Shown one piece after another: positions 49,663 through 62,200 of a DNA stretch of 64,000 bases (the first letter of the stretch is position 1; every line of letters begins with the position of its first letter). The notes under the pieces were generated by a model. It was not told the origin of the DNA. It made no database searches and saw only the letters and a list, made by a program, of their open reading frames with translations. Both the position numbers and the translations under genes were made by a program. Source of the stretch: Balanoglossus misakiensis (Eukaryota; Animalia; Hemichordata); contig CM082583.2 of the NCBI GenBank assembly GCA_040954595.2, positions 7,128,849 through 7,192,848 on the forward strand. The letters run 5' to 3'.

Positions 49663-52600
49663 GTGAGTTGCAAATAAATCCTGTCTTTTTGGTTCGTTTT
49701 GTGTCCATATATAAAATCCACGTATTTACAAATACGGACATTGGCGATCTAATGCGCATATTGGGGTATCATTTCATTTTGTTTTTATAAAAAGAGAAAC
49801 GCAAGATTTAAGACGGTTAAGCGTCTTCGCAGTGTCAAAGTCGACTCCTCTGGAAGTAATTTGTTACTTTGAAGATGACAACTACACTGATTCAAACAAA
49901 AGAGCACGTTTCGATGTCAAAAATGCCGAGAACCTTCAAACCTTTACGTATACCTAGCTTCTAAGGGGGGAATTGGCACGCACACAAAGTATAGTTATAT
50001 TTACTCATTGTTAGTGTCTGATCGATGTGGGTACCACACGCGTCACATGAATGAAACACGCTTCTTAATAACAGTTGTCAGAAATCTTAATACAATGAAT
50101 GCGGTTGTATCGAATCTGACCACTCGCAACTCAAATTTCGACTAGCCCAAAACCTTAACGCAGCATTTATGTTCACCGAAAAGACGGTTTGAGGTTTGAG
50201 AGGGTTTTTCAGTCTTTCAACTGTTTTGAGTGTAAAAAAATACAAGTCTGATTGTAAATAACTTATTACACAGCACCGTAGCGTACCACTGCCTTCTTCC
50301 GCGCAAGACGCAATTTCTCATGTTAAATCTTAAATTTAATCTCACGGTCCTATGTCACACAATGAACCCTATCTTTCATGGGAAAAAATGTTATACTCCA
50401 GGAGCTTCTAGTTTCTTAACAAAAGTCTGAAATAAATATCATAGAATGTTCATTTTCGTGCAGTAACAACAGGTTTGCGTCCATCGAACTTCAGTTACGG
50501 GATTTGCATGTTGGTACGACTACGAACTACTATTCACTGGTTATCTTCCATTTAGACCTCATTAGGGTAATTTGTAAAACTTAATCAATAAGGTGATCAT
50601 TTTATATTTAATAAACTTCCATTCAACACAATAAATAAATTTACGGCGCTGAAACGTACGAATAATTACTGATGGACTCAGTTTTCTTCTGAGCGTCTCT
50701 GATTTTGCTCTGTTTTTTCTCTTCGCGGTTTGAGTCTTGCCGGTGTATTTTTCATCCGTACCTTTTCGGGAAACTGTGTGATTTTTGAAGATTATGTTGA
50801 CTGAGATACACATACAATGTATGCCGCGACGTAATGTTCGGAAGAGTTGAAAACATTTCACGCGGCGTTTCGAAAATTTTTATTTTCGTGTTTATTTTGC
50901 CAGCACTGTCCAATTAACGTAGTCAGCGTCGCATTGCACTTCCGCCACTATGAACCCTACCTTTGGCAGAGCGTAAACAAAGACACCAATCGCTTGGAAA
51001 ATTCGCCTTTGTGTAAACTTATTGTCTGTCAATAGACTGGCGTATGATAAAGCAACTAATTATGGAGTGTATTTTTTAACAAAACATCGCCGCTGTTCGA
51101 TAGAAGACGCGCGGGCGGCGGAGCTCCTGACGATCTCCGACCTTTCAGTCATCGCGGTCTTTTATGATGATCACAATCGTTTTCAGAGAAGAGTTGGATA
51201 AAAATCGATGTGAAAATGTTTCACTTTTAATTAGACACCGTTCAAGGAAAGATCCGTCAATGATATCTCAGCGACGTAGAGCGTTCAGTTGTGCTTAAAT
51301 TGGGCGTAATTTGATATCAGTTGTATCGTAGATTGTTGCCAAGCCGGCTAACACAACGCTCGCGAAACGAAACGAACCTCGCGGCGACAACCGCTGATCC
51401 GACACAACAGGGCGGCGGGATAAAATTGACTGCGGAGGCCCAACTTTACACGTATCAGCGTTAACAAACAAACGAGTGTGGTTGTACAAATGATATTATT
51501 CCAATTATTAGTATGAAAGAGGGGCGATCGCGGCGGTGTGCGGGGGATGGCTGTGTGTGCACACACTATTACATTTTTTGCCGCGTATGCCTCAAAACAA
51601 GTCGTCGACATAAAATGACAACGGGGGGAAACCGGGATAATGTGCTCTCAAGTGCATCCTTTTAAGTCGAGATGGGCAAACACAAAATTGTAACAAATCT
51701 CGTATAACATGTTTGACCAGTTCTAAATGAATTTGCTGAGTAAATATGACTTCCCATCAATACGAAATTACCACGACACCGATATTTTATCAATTTCAAT
51801 TTACAAGGCAGCGCGAATTTAGTCAAAGCTCACTATCGTATTTTCGCGACATCGTTGCTTCTATTCATTCGGTGACGTATATAAACAACTTATTTCATGT
51901 TATTTTTCCAAACTGACGCATTAGATTGTCGTTTACTTAACTTTGCTTTATTTTAGTTAATTAAATCATTTAAAGGTTTGTTATGTGTATTGCTGTACGA
52001 TGTGAAATCTAAACATGGCCTTTTAGCCACGGTAAAATAGAACGGCAAGAATGTGTTTATTTTCAATAGTTTTTTTCGATTCAAATTATTTTCAAGAACA
52101 TGTGCTATCACAAAAAATGATCTTCTTTTACAATAAAATGATAATATAGAGAAAGGGGATGACCATGTTGACTTTAAAAAACTGGCGTTGCCAGGCTGTT
52201 GCGATCGTAACCACGCCGGCGCTGAATATGAATGGATATAAAAATAACTCACAATTGATGTAATTTGATAAATAATAAGTATGTTCTGGTACTTGTTGGT
52301 GTAATTAATCTAATTTGAATTATTGCCTTGTTGGTCATTTGTACACACATGCAAAGACAGAATTCTGTCAATCCGATCGGTCAAGCGTGCACGCTTTTCA
52401 AACAGCAAAGGTTTCATTCTAGTCGATTTCCGAAAGACTATTTCTACGATAAGTAAACTTTACACTGTCGGTCTTGATGGTAGTAATACAATGAATTAAA
52501 GATGGCATGTTTCATAATATTAAAAAAATTTCTATGAATATCAACGTTAAAACACCAGCAATACTTCTGTTCTTTGTATCAGGCTTGACAACACGGGCAG

Positions 52601-55600
52601 AGTTAAACTAGTACACTTAACAATCAGGAAAAATAGACGGCAGAATATACATTGCATTACAGAGACGTTGACTCGAAACAACATGAATAGCATTGGGCAT
52701 GAGTGTTTTCCTTTGGACAGACAGAGACTGAGAGAATACTAAACAAGAAGAAAACACAGCAAGCCTAAGCAAGTCACTATTTCAAAAAAGTAGTCGTAAA
52801 TTCTAATCTTCCGTGCCCCAACCTTCCATTGACATCGTTCAGGTAAACGACACACCCATTTTTGCAATTAGGCTTTGAAATTGTAAATGAACAAAAATTG
52901 AGAACCCGGACTTGGACCCCTTCCACCCGTGACCTTTGACTCACGGGAATGCTTCCAATCCTATTCGACTGTCTCCTACCAGCACAAATACTTCAGAAAG
53001 TTGTATGGATAAAACAAATGTAAATATTAATGACCCGTGTTGTTTTATTTCGATATGAAGTGTATTTCGAGAATGTTTAGCAATATGTTCACTGCACAGT
53101 TTATTCGGCGGGTCGAAGTCTAATAAAATGGACAGATATAAATAAATCGAAAATTTCATCAACTGATTTATTCATGAGCAATTGCTTTACAATAAAGCGT
53201 CCACGGTCAAACACCGGTTTTGACAATTTAAATATTTTTTGTGAAAGATATAAACATCAAGGCAAGTTACTTTAATACATATGTGAAAAATCGTCGGCTT
53301 ATGCTTCCAGATTAAATTTTTGGCGGGAACGTATCCGGGGGTGTTAAAGTGGAGAGGTTAACTTGTGTAAATTATTATTAACGGTAAAACGAAATTGACA
53401 CGGCTGCTAGGTTAGAATACTTATCGCGGGGATCACTTTACGCTAAGTGTCATTATCGCGCATAACAAGATGAAGCTGGCTAGATTGGATTTCCCGTACG
53501 GTAAGATGGGATTTGCGATAGGTGCAGCGGGCGAATCGCCGGGATCAGGCCGTCTCCCTAAGAGGCTTTGTGATAAAACCAATTAAACAGTGGGTTGAGG
53601 AGGGCGAAGTGTATGTTTTTGTTCTTAGCGCAAAGGGATGTCGACGGGGAATGCGGCGGGACTCTCGCGGTGGCGGAGAAACCGTGGAAACCCGGCACAA
53701 AGAGGATGAAATGACACCGGGGTCTTTGAGTGGTTGAGTGGCGCTTGGTTCGGTGAAATGAGCAAATTGAGTCTGAAATTTTCACGTCAGTTAAATGTCT
53801 CGTTTGTGGAGGAGGAGGAGGGGGGGGGGGGCGATAAGGGACCAGGTGTCGGTATCTGCGAACCCTTATCGGTGCATCGTTGCCTGCACACCCTATTAGG
53901 CCGCGTGATTTACACGGCACTCCGGTGGCGAAATCGCCACCCCTGAAGACCGCCGATCGACACAACACAAAATAACACGGCACCTCGCCCGCCGTCAGCT
54001 ACGCAATTTAGAAAATTTTTCCATCAGCGAAAGTGTCAGCGATGACGATTCTACGGGAAATATCGCAGACGAAAATGAAGCCGGAGTAAAAGTGAAATTG
54101 CGCGAATAAATCATTGTCAACGCAGCGAAAACACTGCACTGCGAGATTGACCGTAGGGTCCATAAAAACAAAATCACTCCTCATAAAAATTGCATGTGAA
54201 AAACTCAACCCATAAATCAAACCTATTTTAATTCTGCATTTTGGGCCCAAATTGTTATTTTTAGTTCTTTTCCTTTATCAGGAATTTCTCTCTCTCCGGA
54301 ACATTTCGGCAGTGATGTGTAGTTATACGTTTCACCGAATGAAAGATAGGTCTAATTACCAGGGGTAGTTCGTCAAGGGTGGCAGAATACCCTAAGGGAG
54401 AGCGGAGGGAGTAAAATGCGAGTGACGCTGTGTCTCTAATGCGCGTAATTTCATCAACATTGCACAAAACAAGCCGTGGATCTAAGGCAATGGGAAAACA
54501 CCTTTTTTTCTCACGACACGACAGCGGAGGATCTAAAATCGACGAGTTCGATATCCACTCAAACGGTGTGCCTGCATCGGAGATGGCGAGCCGGGCCCCC
54601 CCGGGAGACGCTAAAGACGACGAAAGTGCTTAAGTCTGGCTAGAGCAGGGGTTTTGTAATTTCGATCTCTCAAGTTAAGGACGATGTAATAAGATTTGTT
54701 AGACAGGATAACAAGCCATCTATTAGGTATTAATGTAGTTTCTGTATGTGTTGACAATGAGGTAGCGCTCCTATTTGCCAGGCAGCCCACGTGTAAGGCT
54801 CAAATAGCCCGCAGTTATGTGGAGTCGGTAGCGGCGAATAACTGGCTTAATGCGTTTTAGCGAAACACACCTGGGAAAAGGGGGGAAGGGGGGAGTGAGG
54901 CGCGCACACTCGCGGGCGCCACCGCGCGCAGAAGCCTCCCCGCTTCCCGCGGTTGTCCACTGTGACGCATCAGGATGCAAACAGAGAACGACTTTTTTCC
55001 ACCGTGGCCTGGGCCCGGCTTCGTTTACAACGTTGGATAATCGAGATCTTCGGCGGACAGGGGAAATCCATCATCGCCAAATCGATGCAATGTACCGTTA
55101 AAACGCCGTGTGATTCGTTGCCTGCTCGTTGGCATTGTTATCGATCAAACTGAATTCCAATGTGAATGTGACAGAAGCCCGCTCATACATCAATTTCGAA
55201 CTTTATGAGTTGAGTCAAATCGCTTCTTCAGACAATTAGCATAAATAATTAAGTAACGTCTTTGTAGTAAAGAATCGGGCTTTGCATTCGTTCTCCCCCA
55301 CCCCACTAAAAAAAACCTACAACCCGGCTGCGTCTCGCGGCGGCGAGTTAAAAACGCGCTCGTCACCTATGCACTCCACCGTCAACGATATAACGCACAC
55401 TCAACGCCAAACTGAGTGTCAGAATGCGTGAATCTGCACAAAATGAGACATTAACGAGAACTCCAGTCCGCGTTCAGCGCCAAATTGCATTTTAATGAAA
55501 GGATGGATTGCATCCCAAAGTTTACTTTCCATGTTCCCCCCTCTCTCTTTCTCTGCAGCCCGCGGCAATGCTGCAGCTACTGAACTGAGACGAGAGACCG

Positions 55601-57868
55601 GCTCGTATTTTTTTCTCTCTCGCCAAATACAGACACTTTACACGCCGATATAAATACCATGCTCTCAATTATTGATGTTACATTGTATAAAAGTACTACA
55701 AGAAAACACACAGAACAGACATCGGTAATAAAAGAAAGTAGAAGCATTTGCCAACTACAAAAAAGAACACGTGTATTTTTATTTAGCGTGTTATGCATAA
55801 CGATGACGTAATGTGTTATGAACATGAATAAATTTATGTGTATTGTCCCGTACACCATTTTCCCGAATGTAGTTTATTATGTAAATCAGCGCGCTCATAA
55901 ACAGACGATTTTGAGTATGGTTCCGAAAAGGAACGAAATTATCCATTTTATCTGTTTTCTAAGCATTTATGATTAACGCGATAAATTATCATATATGAAT
56001 ATTCATAAGACGAACTTCACATGCGTCAAAGGAAAGATAAATTCTCAAATAAAAATTTTAGCACCCCCGATTACAGGAGCGGTACTCGGCGCAGTTTGTA
56101 TGTTTCAGAGCGTTTTAGTATGGATGGGTGAACGGACGCATCACTTTCAAAGTCATAAAAAACCGTGCTCATATGAGCCACAAAAATTATGGCCTCTTCG
56201 AAGAAGAACAATCCTGGAGCGGAGTTGCCCTCTGAGGGCGAAGTGAAAGCCCCGGGGGAAGCATTCTTCAAAGAAGGGAAATACAGCCCTAATGTATTTT
56301 TAACAGAGTGGCTGATGTTCCAGGGATTTGTAACCACAACTGCGTCATTTACTTATAGCATGTTGTTAACAAAGTTAATGCGCAGTCTACGGGACCATCT
56401 GTACGTTGTAAATTGTTGTTACTAAGATTAATAAAATGAGCATTAGCCGGGAAAGCGTTTGATAGATACGCGGGCCGAGCTGAACTGGCACGGCAGTCAG
56501 CCAAGTCGACCCGGAGACAGGTAGCCTAGCCCTTCCCAGAGGAGGACCTCTCCCCCCTCGTCTCAACCTCGGAGCTCGTTCGGAGGGAGGGGCAGCTTTT
56601 CACCTGTAAGACGGGTCATTTTCGGCCAAAGATCAGATGTTTTTATCGCTGTACGGTGCCTCGGAGAGGGGAGACCTAATTTTCTCGGCGATGACTGAAA
56701 CTGACAGGAATCACGATGTCGCCAATTTCTCTTCATTTATCGCGGAGCCATAGGTCACACTGTGATGCATGATGCCCGTTGCAGTCGACACAGCCGAACC
56801 TGTTATAATTGCTTTGCCTTGATTACTAAACTTGGATTGAATGGGAGATGAATTACCTTGAAATTACACGTCCATTTCTGTCCGGGGCTATCCTAATTTC
56901 TCTGTAGATTTCGGTAAAAAGTGGTGTACATTTCCTAATCCGCCGGTCGTCTTGTTGTTTTCGTTGTTTTATCAACAATCTGGAAAGGAACGATAAACAG
57001 TCAGGCAAAATGACCTCAGCAATGACGTTAAAGTCAAATTTTCTTTTTTTTAATCGTTATATTTTAGAATTTAACGAATACAACAATTTCATGAATATTA
57101 GACCCTTAAGCCGACTTTCATTGGCGGCTAATTTGACTCAGTGATAGGAATCTAATGCAAAACTAATATTTCATATCAGCGATTAGGGTCGACATTAAAA
57201 TTATCATTTTTATGGTGTGTGTCTGTGTGTTATGCTGTGAGCTTTTATCTCGGTGGCATTATCGGAACAAAAAATAATCATTGAGGATGTTGTCAAAATT
57301 TAGGACTTGGCCTGATTTGAACCGATACAGATGTCGGCCAGATCGATATCAGTTACAGTCGACGAGTTTTTGGAAGTTAGGACGCAACGGGCTGTGACGA
57401 AAACCTAATTAGGGACCCCGGGGAGGTCTGCCGACTATTATAAGGGGGTATACCTTTGGGTTTGCTCTCTGGGTGCGCGTCTGTCCGATAACACAACATA
57501 GTTGACCGATCGATCAGAGCCTCTCAGTGCCGAAACGACAGGGTGGCATTGATGTCATTTTAAGGGAACGCACACCACACATCTGTAGACTAACGACCTG
57601 CGACAGATTTCGGTCGCCTCGCAACAATAAACCCCCTGTCGGCGTACCAGTCCACTGACACGTCGATAACCGATCACCCATTTTTGGGAGCTCGTTGTTT
57701 TACTTGTTTTTTAAACCCACGATGTCAAGGACTTTATGTTAAAAAGTTTGTAACCAGATACTACTCGAACATGGTTCTTAACATTTCCACCAATCAAATT
57801 CATTCACCGACTTTTCAATTTTCGTAATTTAATATGACTTTTTTCTCTCTCGTCTCTTCTCGTCATAG
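49663..57868 (+). other. otp: otp intron 2 (8206 bp, GT-AG, phase 0, interrupts the homeobox)
   Basis: gtgagt ... ctcgtcatag; joins ESRVQ|VWFQN. Confidence 0.95.
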
Positions 57869-58450
57869 GTGTGGTTTCAGAATCGCCGGGCAAAGTGGAA
57901 GAAACGCAAGAAGCAGACCAATGTATTCCGCACGCCAGGATCATTGCTGCCGTCACACGGCCTCCCACAGTTCCCATCGGCGATGGGGGACTCGCTGTGT
58001 TCATTTCACACCAATGACACACGCTGGCCGCCGATGCCGACGCAGATGGGCAGCGCGCCGCCCCTCACGCTTCCACCCACCCTCCCCCGCCAGCCGGGAA
58101 TCGGACAGTCTTTATCCAGCCACCACCAAGGGGGCGGCGCCGGCAGCATGGGAATGAACCAGTCGTGTAACGGGCTCGGGTCGGGCATCTCCGTCACCAG
58201 CAACGGCTCCGTCCAGGCGCCCATGTACCAATCCGGCTTCGGCGGCGGCATGTCGATGTCTTCGACCATGTCGACGATGTCGACGTCGACGGGACTGTCC
58301 GGGTCGTCGCCCACCAACGTGACCGTCTCCAGTTCGCCCATGTCATGCAACTCGCCAGACCCAAACGATATGTGGCGGGGCACGAGCATAGCTGCTCTCC
58401 GGAGGAAAGCACTGGAACACAGTGTCACTCTCAACGGAGGATTTAGATAA
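57869..58450 (+). CDS. otp: Orthopedia exon 3: homeodomain helix 3 ([16 protein letters not shown]50), Otp-specific [19 protein letters not shown] motif, Ser/Gly/Met-rich region, OAR motif, stop TAA
   Basis: Acceptor ttttctctctcgtctcttctcgtcatag| ends at 57868. Continues exon 2 in phase 0. GC3-rich codons. Ends [26 protein letters not shown]. Spliced CDS is 118+278+582=978 nt, giving 325 aa. Confidence 0.97.
   Translation: MWFQNRRAKWKKRKKQTNVFRTPGSLLPSHGLPQFPSAMGDSLCSFHTNDTRWPPMPTQMGSAPPLTLPPTLPRQPGIGQSLSSHHQGGGAGSMGMNQSCNGLGSGISVTSNGSVQAPMYQSGFGGGMSMSSTMSTMSTSTGLSGSSPTNVTVSSSPMSCNSPDPNDMWRGTSIAALRRKALEHSVTLNGGFR
58382..58423 (+). other. otp: OAR (Otp/Aristaless/Rax) motif coding region, [14 protein letters not shown]
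   Basis: Matches the OAR consensus SIAxLRxKAxEH near the C-terminus. Confidence 0.93.
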
Positions 58451-59256
58451 ACTGAACAGAACTTTCAACAGAAAAAAAATATTTTATTTCATTGAAATTT
58501 CATTCCTCAATATTTTCCACGATCTCCTACAGTAACACTTGTACAATAACCGTTGACACACTTCGCATTTTGAAAACCCGATTCCCTATTTATTTGTTTC
58601 GCCTTTTCAGAAAAAAAAAGACAAATTGACGGCGAAATTCTTCTTTTTAAGGGATGGTGTTCCATTTTTTACCTCTGTATCGTATCAATTTCGACTTCAC
58701 TTTAACTTTGTTTTGATTTTTTAACTTACGTGTGTAAAACATTATTTGTGATAAATCAAGCAAAATGATATTATTGTTAATATTTTAATTACTGATGTTA
58801 GTAGCGACTAGTTGTATACGGCCAGTAATGAATCGGACGAGATATTGACCGTCTACACGTGCCTGGCGGTTGTCGACCATACCGGGGACAATGAGGAAGG
58901 CGCCTGTCTTAGCCCCGTGCAATTCATGGTCAATTCCAAAGAGTATGTCATCTAACAAACCGTTTTGTAATCAAGTATAGCTTTTGCGCCGGGTAGATGT
59001 CTTTATTCGTTTGCCATTCAGCCCTAAAAGACTTCAATGCACCGATCAAAAGTTATTTTCGGCGTCCACACCGACGCGAGCATCGATCGCCGACAGGGAA
59101 TTCGTCTAAGAGTTTTTTTTTGTAATTTATTTACTGTAGTCTGAAAATATACGACGAAGCCTCGGTGTGACGAAGGAAACCCTTTCAGATAATTGTGTAG
59201 CGTGGCGAAACAAGTATCGATTTATTTATGTAGTCAATATTAAATATATTAATAAA
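58451..59256 (+). promoter_or_regulatory. otp: Probable otp 3'UTR ending near a candidate polyadenylation signal AATAAA (59251-59256)
   Basis: AT/T-rich sequence after the stop, ATTTATTTA elements near 59126 and 59220, and the first AATAAA I saw after the stop. Confidence 0.5.
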
Positions 59257-62200
59257 AACTCACCCTAGAAATTGGCTGACATTGTTCGCCGAGAAAGCTT
59301 TATTGTACATGTGATTTTTGTTGTAACGAACTGCTCCTAACCTAGCCATTTATATCAAATGAAAGGTGTCAGTTACGGATAACAGTTCATTAGTTCAACA
59401 CATTGACATAGTGACTGTTCAATATAGTGTCTGTGTGTTTTCCTATTTGTAACATTTGCCTGATGTATATGGAAAAAGAATCACGTATGACGGGATTTTT
59501 TCAAACTGGGTGACATGTATCGTATCTGAATACTTAATTCTTAAACTTGTGAGAATCGGATATACATGTATAACGGATAAGATTCAAACTTTCGGAAATC
59601 CTGTCATATACGCATTTCTTCCCTGATCTGTGGTTTTCGGGAACTCAGTAAATTATATATAATTAACTTTAATTCGCAAATGCATGATATTAGTTTTGAA
59701 ATATGCCAAACAGATTGCCCGGATCTCTAATCTTTTCGTTAATTGGGTCTACTTGTGAGATTTTTTCTTCGGACAAGTCCATATTCGGTCAAGATTCTCC
59801 AAGACAAACGAGTCGGTGTCATTGTCTTGGATTGCAATGAGATAATGGGAGGGGGAGAACCTCTGAAATACCTTACATATAATCATCTCTACACACTCGA
59901 ACACTAAAGAGCAATATCAAATCTATTCAAAATCAACGCCAATTTCATCGTTTTCCACACCTTTAAAACGGTGCTTACCGTAAACTTGCCCATTTTATCT
60001 CAGAAAATAAGATATATAGGAAACTGTGTCAACTGTTACAAAGTCTAATTTACATCACACCCAATAATTTCTCACCCGCTTTAATTTTGACGCGTTTAAA
60101 ATATATAATGTATAACAACGTTTATCAGACTTTGCCTGAAAACGTCCATTTGTGCCATTACATTGTTCGATGCGTCACTTTTGATTTCGCTCAATTTTAC
60201 CTTCGACGATACAAAATTTGTGGGCCCAACTCAACGTGTTCATCAAAATGTAAGTTTGACACCGCATCGCCGCGAGTTTGCAAACACACAACTAGCGCCA
60301 ATGATACGTGAATAACCGCTATACAATGGACTAAGAGAAAGCTGCCGATGAATGGATACGAGATCGACGTCGCCCCCCCCCCCCCTCCTCTTTGCCGTCG
60401 CTTCGAACGCCATTGTGAGGGGGGCGATTGTTCAAAAGGGGGTGCGTTGACAGTAGGCGCAATTCTCTGTCGCAGAGGTAGACACAATCGAATCCTCTAT
60501 TGCCAGGGTGTTTCATTAGAGCGCCGAGGCAATTTCCTGGGTTCTCAGGAGCGGACAATGGACGCGAAACGCGTCTCCAAGCAATGGCCACCGATAATGC
60601 CATGAAGCCGTGGACCGACTTCATTAAGCGTGGTAATCAGAAATCACCAAATTCTTTTCTGGCCGAGTTATTTTTATTTAGTCATCTTATTTAACTGATT
60701 TCCTAGCATTTAAGCGCATTATTACCATTACTGCTGCATGAATCGCTCGCTACAGCTTTAATTGCCAATTATCATTCGAGCATCGAGTCAACCCCGTCGT
60801 TAAGTTTATCTCTCCCTGCCTGCTTGTAGCCTATACGCTGATATATATCCACAAAGAAACAAAAAACCATTAAGCGCTGTTTCTTTTCGCCAACCGTGAA
60901 AACGGTCCAAATGTCAAAATCCAACACTCGTATTCTGCCGAGGCCCTCTTCCATTTTTATACTACGGGACTGAACGTATCAATATCACAAATAGACCGTA
61001 CCTGAAAAGGCGTTTTTCTTTTACCGAGTCAGGTTTCCGCGAAAGCTCTTGTCATTGCTTTATATAATTTTAATTTACGTATGTATGACAGATGTAATAG
61101 AAACCGAGAGATTATCTCCCATTTTAGTGCAATGTCATTTCATATTATTCTCTAAAAACAAAGCAAATATAAACAAAAACTTTGAAAATTCAACGGAAAT
61201 ATTGCTTGGTAAGTGTTCAATTACGTATCATGTGTCTTTTCTTTTAAATTATGATTCTTGTCAACTTCACTGAATAGTCGGTGAATCGTTGCTATAGTCA
61301 CGGACACGCGCGCGATATACATATACAGTTTGAAATTCCCAGAGATGATGCGCCCCCAGTGAAAAGGCTATAAATCGTAATTTGTTCATTTCATCGCCAC
61401 CCAAGATTGATAAGAAGCGGGTCGCGAAGCTAACAATATTAATTTTTCAAAAAAAAAATCTTGATATGCCGTTTTGTTAGGGGAATGGTGTTCAGGGGTC
61501 AAATCTCCGCGAATGTACGGAGTGTCATGTGAGATACATCATACGTATTGTAAAAAAAAAAAGAACGCTGTTCAATGATGATATCGTTACATGTCGAACA
61601 AGCTGACACGCGCAGGCTTAAATAGAAACACAAAATGCTTCTGTACATAGTTCTGTGTTCGGAGAGATCGTGAAAATTCACTGTACATGCAGGAGTACTA
61701 TGTTGGAAAAAGGTAGATGCATTTAATTTTCATGAAAAGGACTTTGAGTCGAATGAACCACTGCGAATGACTGTAATTTATCTAGACAGCGAGAGCGAAC
61801 AATACACAGAAGTCAAATGGCCATAAATAGCTGTAATTACCTTAACATAAACATGTAAATATTAGGGGATGTCAATGGGAGAACAGCAAACAATCACGGC
61901 AGTAGCAACGTATAGCGAAATGACAGGGAGAAACATGACTCCGATCGATACCACCACAAATGATCACGGGTAAATGCGATAGATCTTCCCCGCTCCCAGA
62001 TTGTTGATTACGGCGATTAGCAAACTAAACATCCCGAACGTCATATTTCCCACCGACGATGACCCGTCGGATGGAAGTCGGCCGGCCTCCGCCTCATCAC
62101 CAGCACCGTGTTGATCCATTTCCCCCACCGATATCCAACACAGGAAATGAAACTTGACAGCATCCCTTTGTATTCAACAATCAACAAATACAGAGATTAA

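Noticed and set aside
7444-50509. About six POU octamers (ATGCAAAT/ATTTGCAT) across the window
   Set aside because: Roughly the number expected by chance in 64 kb of AT-rich DNA.
58006-58434. Minus-strand ORFs of 142 aa and 72 aa, plus 49305-49589 (-) and 57834-58157 (+)
   Set aside because: Shadow frames of the GC3-rich otp exons.
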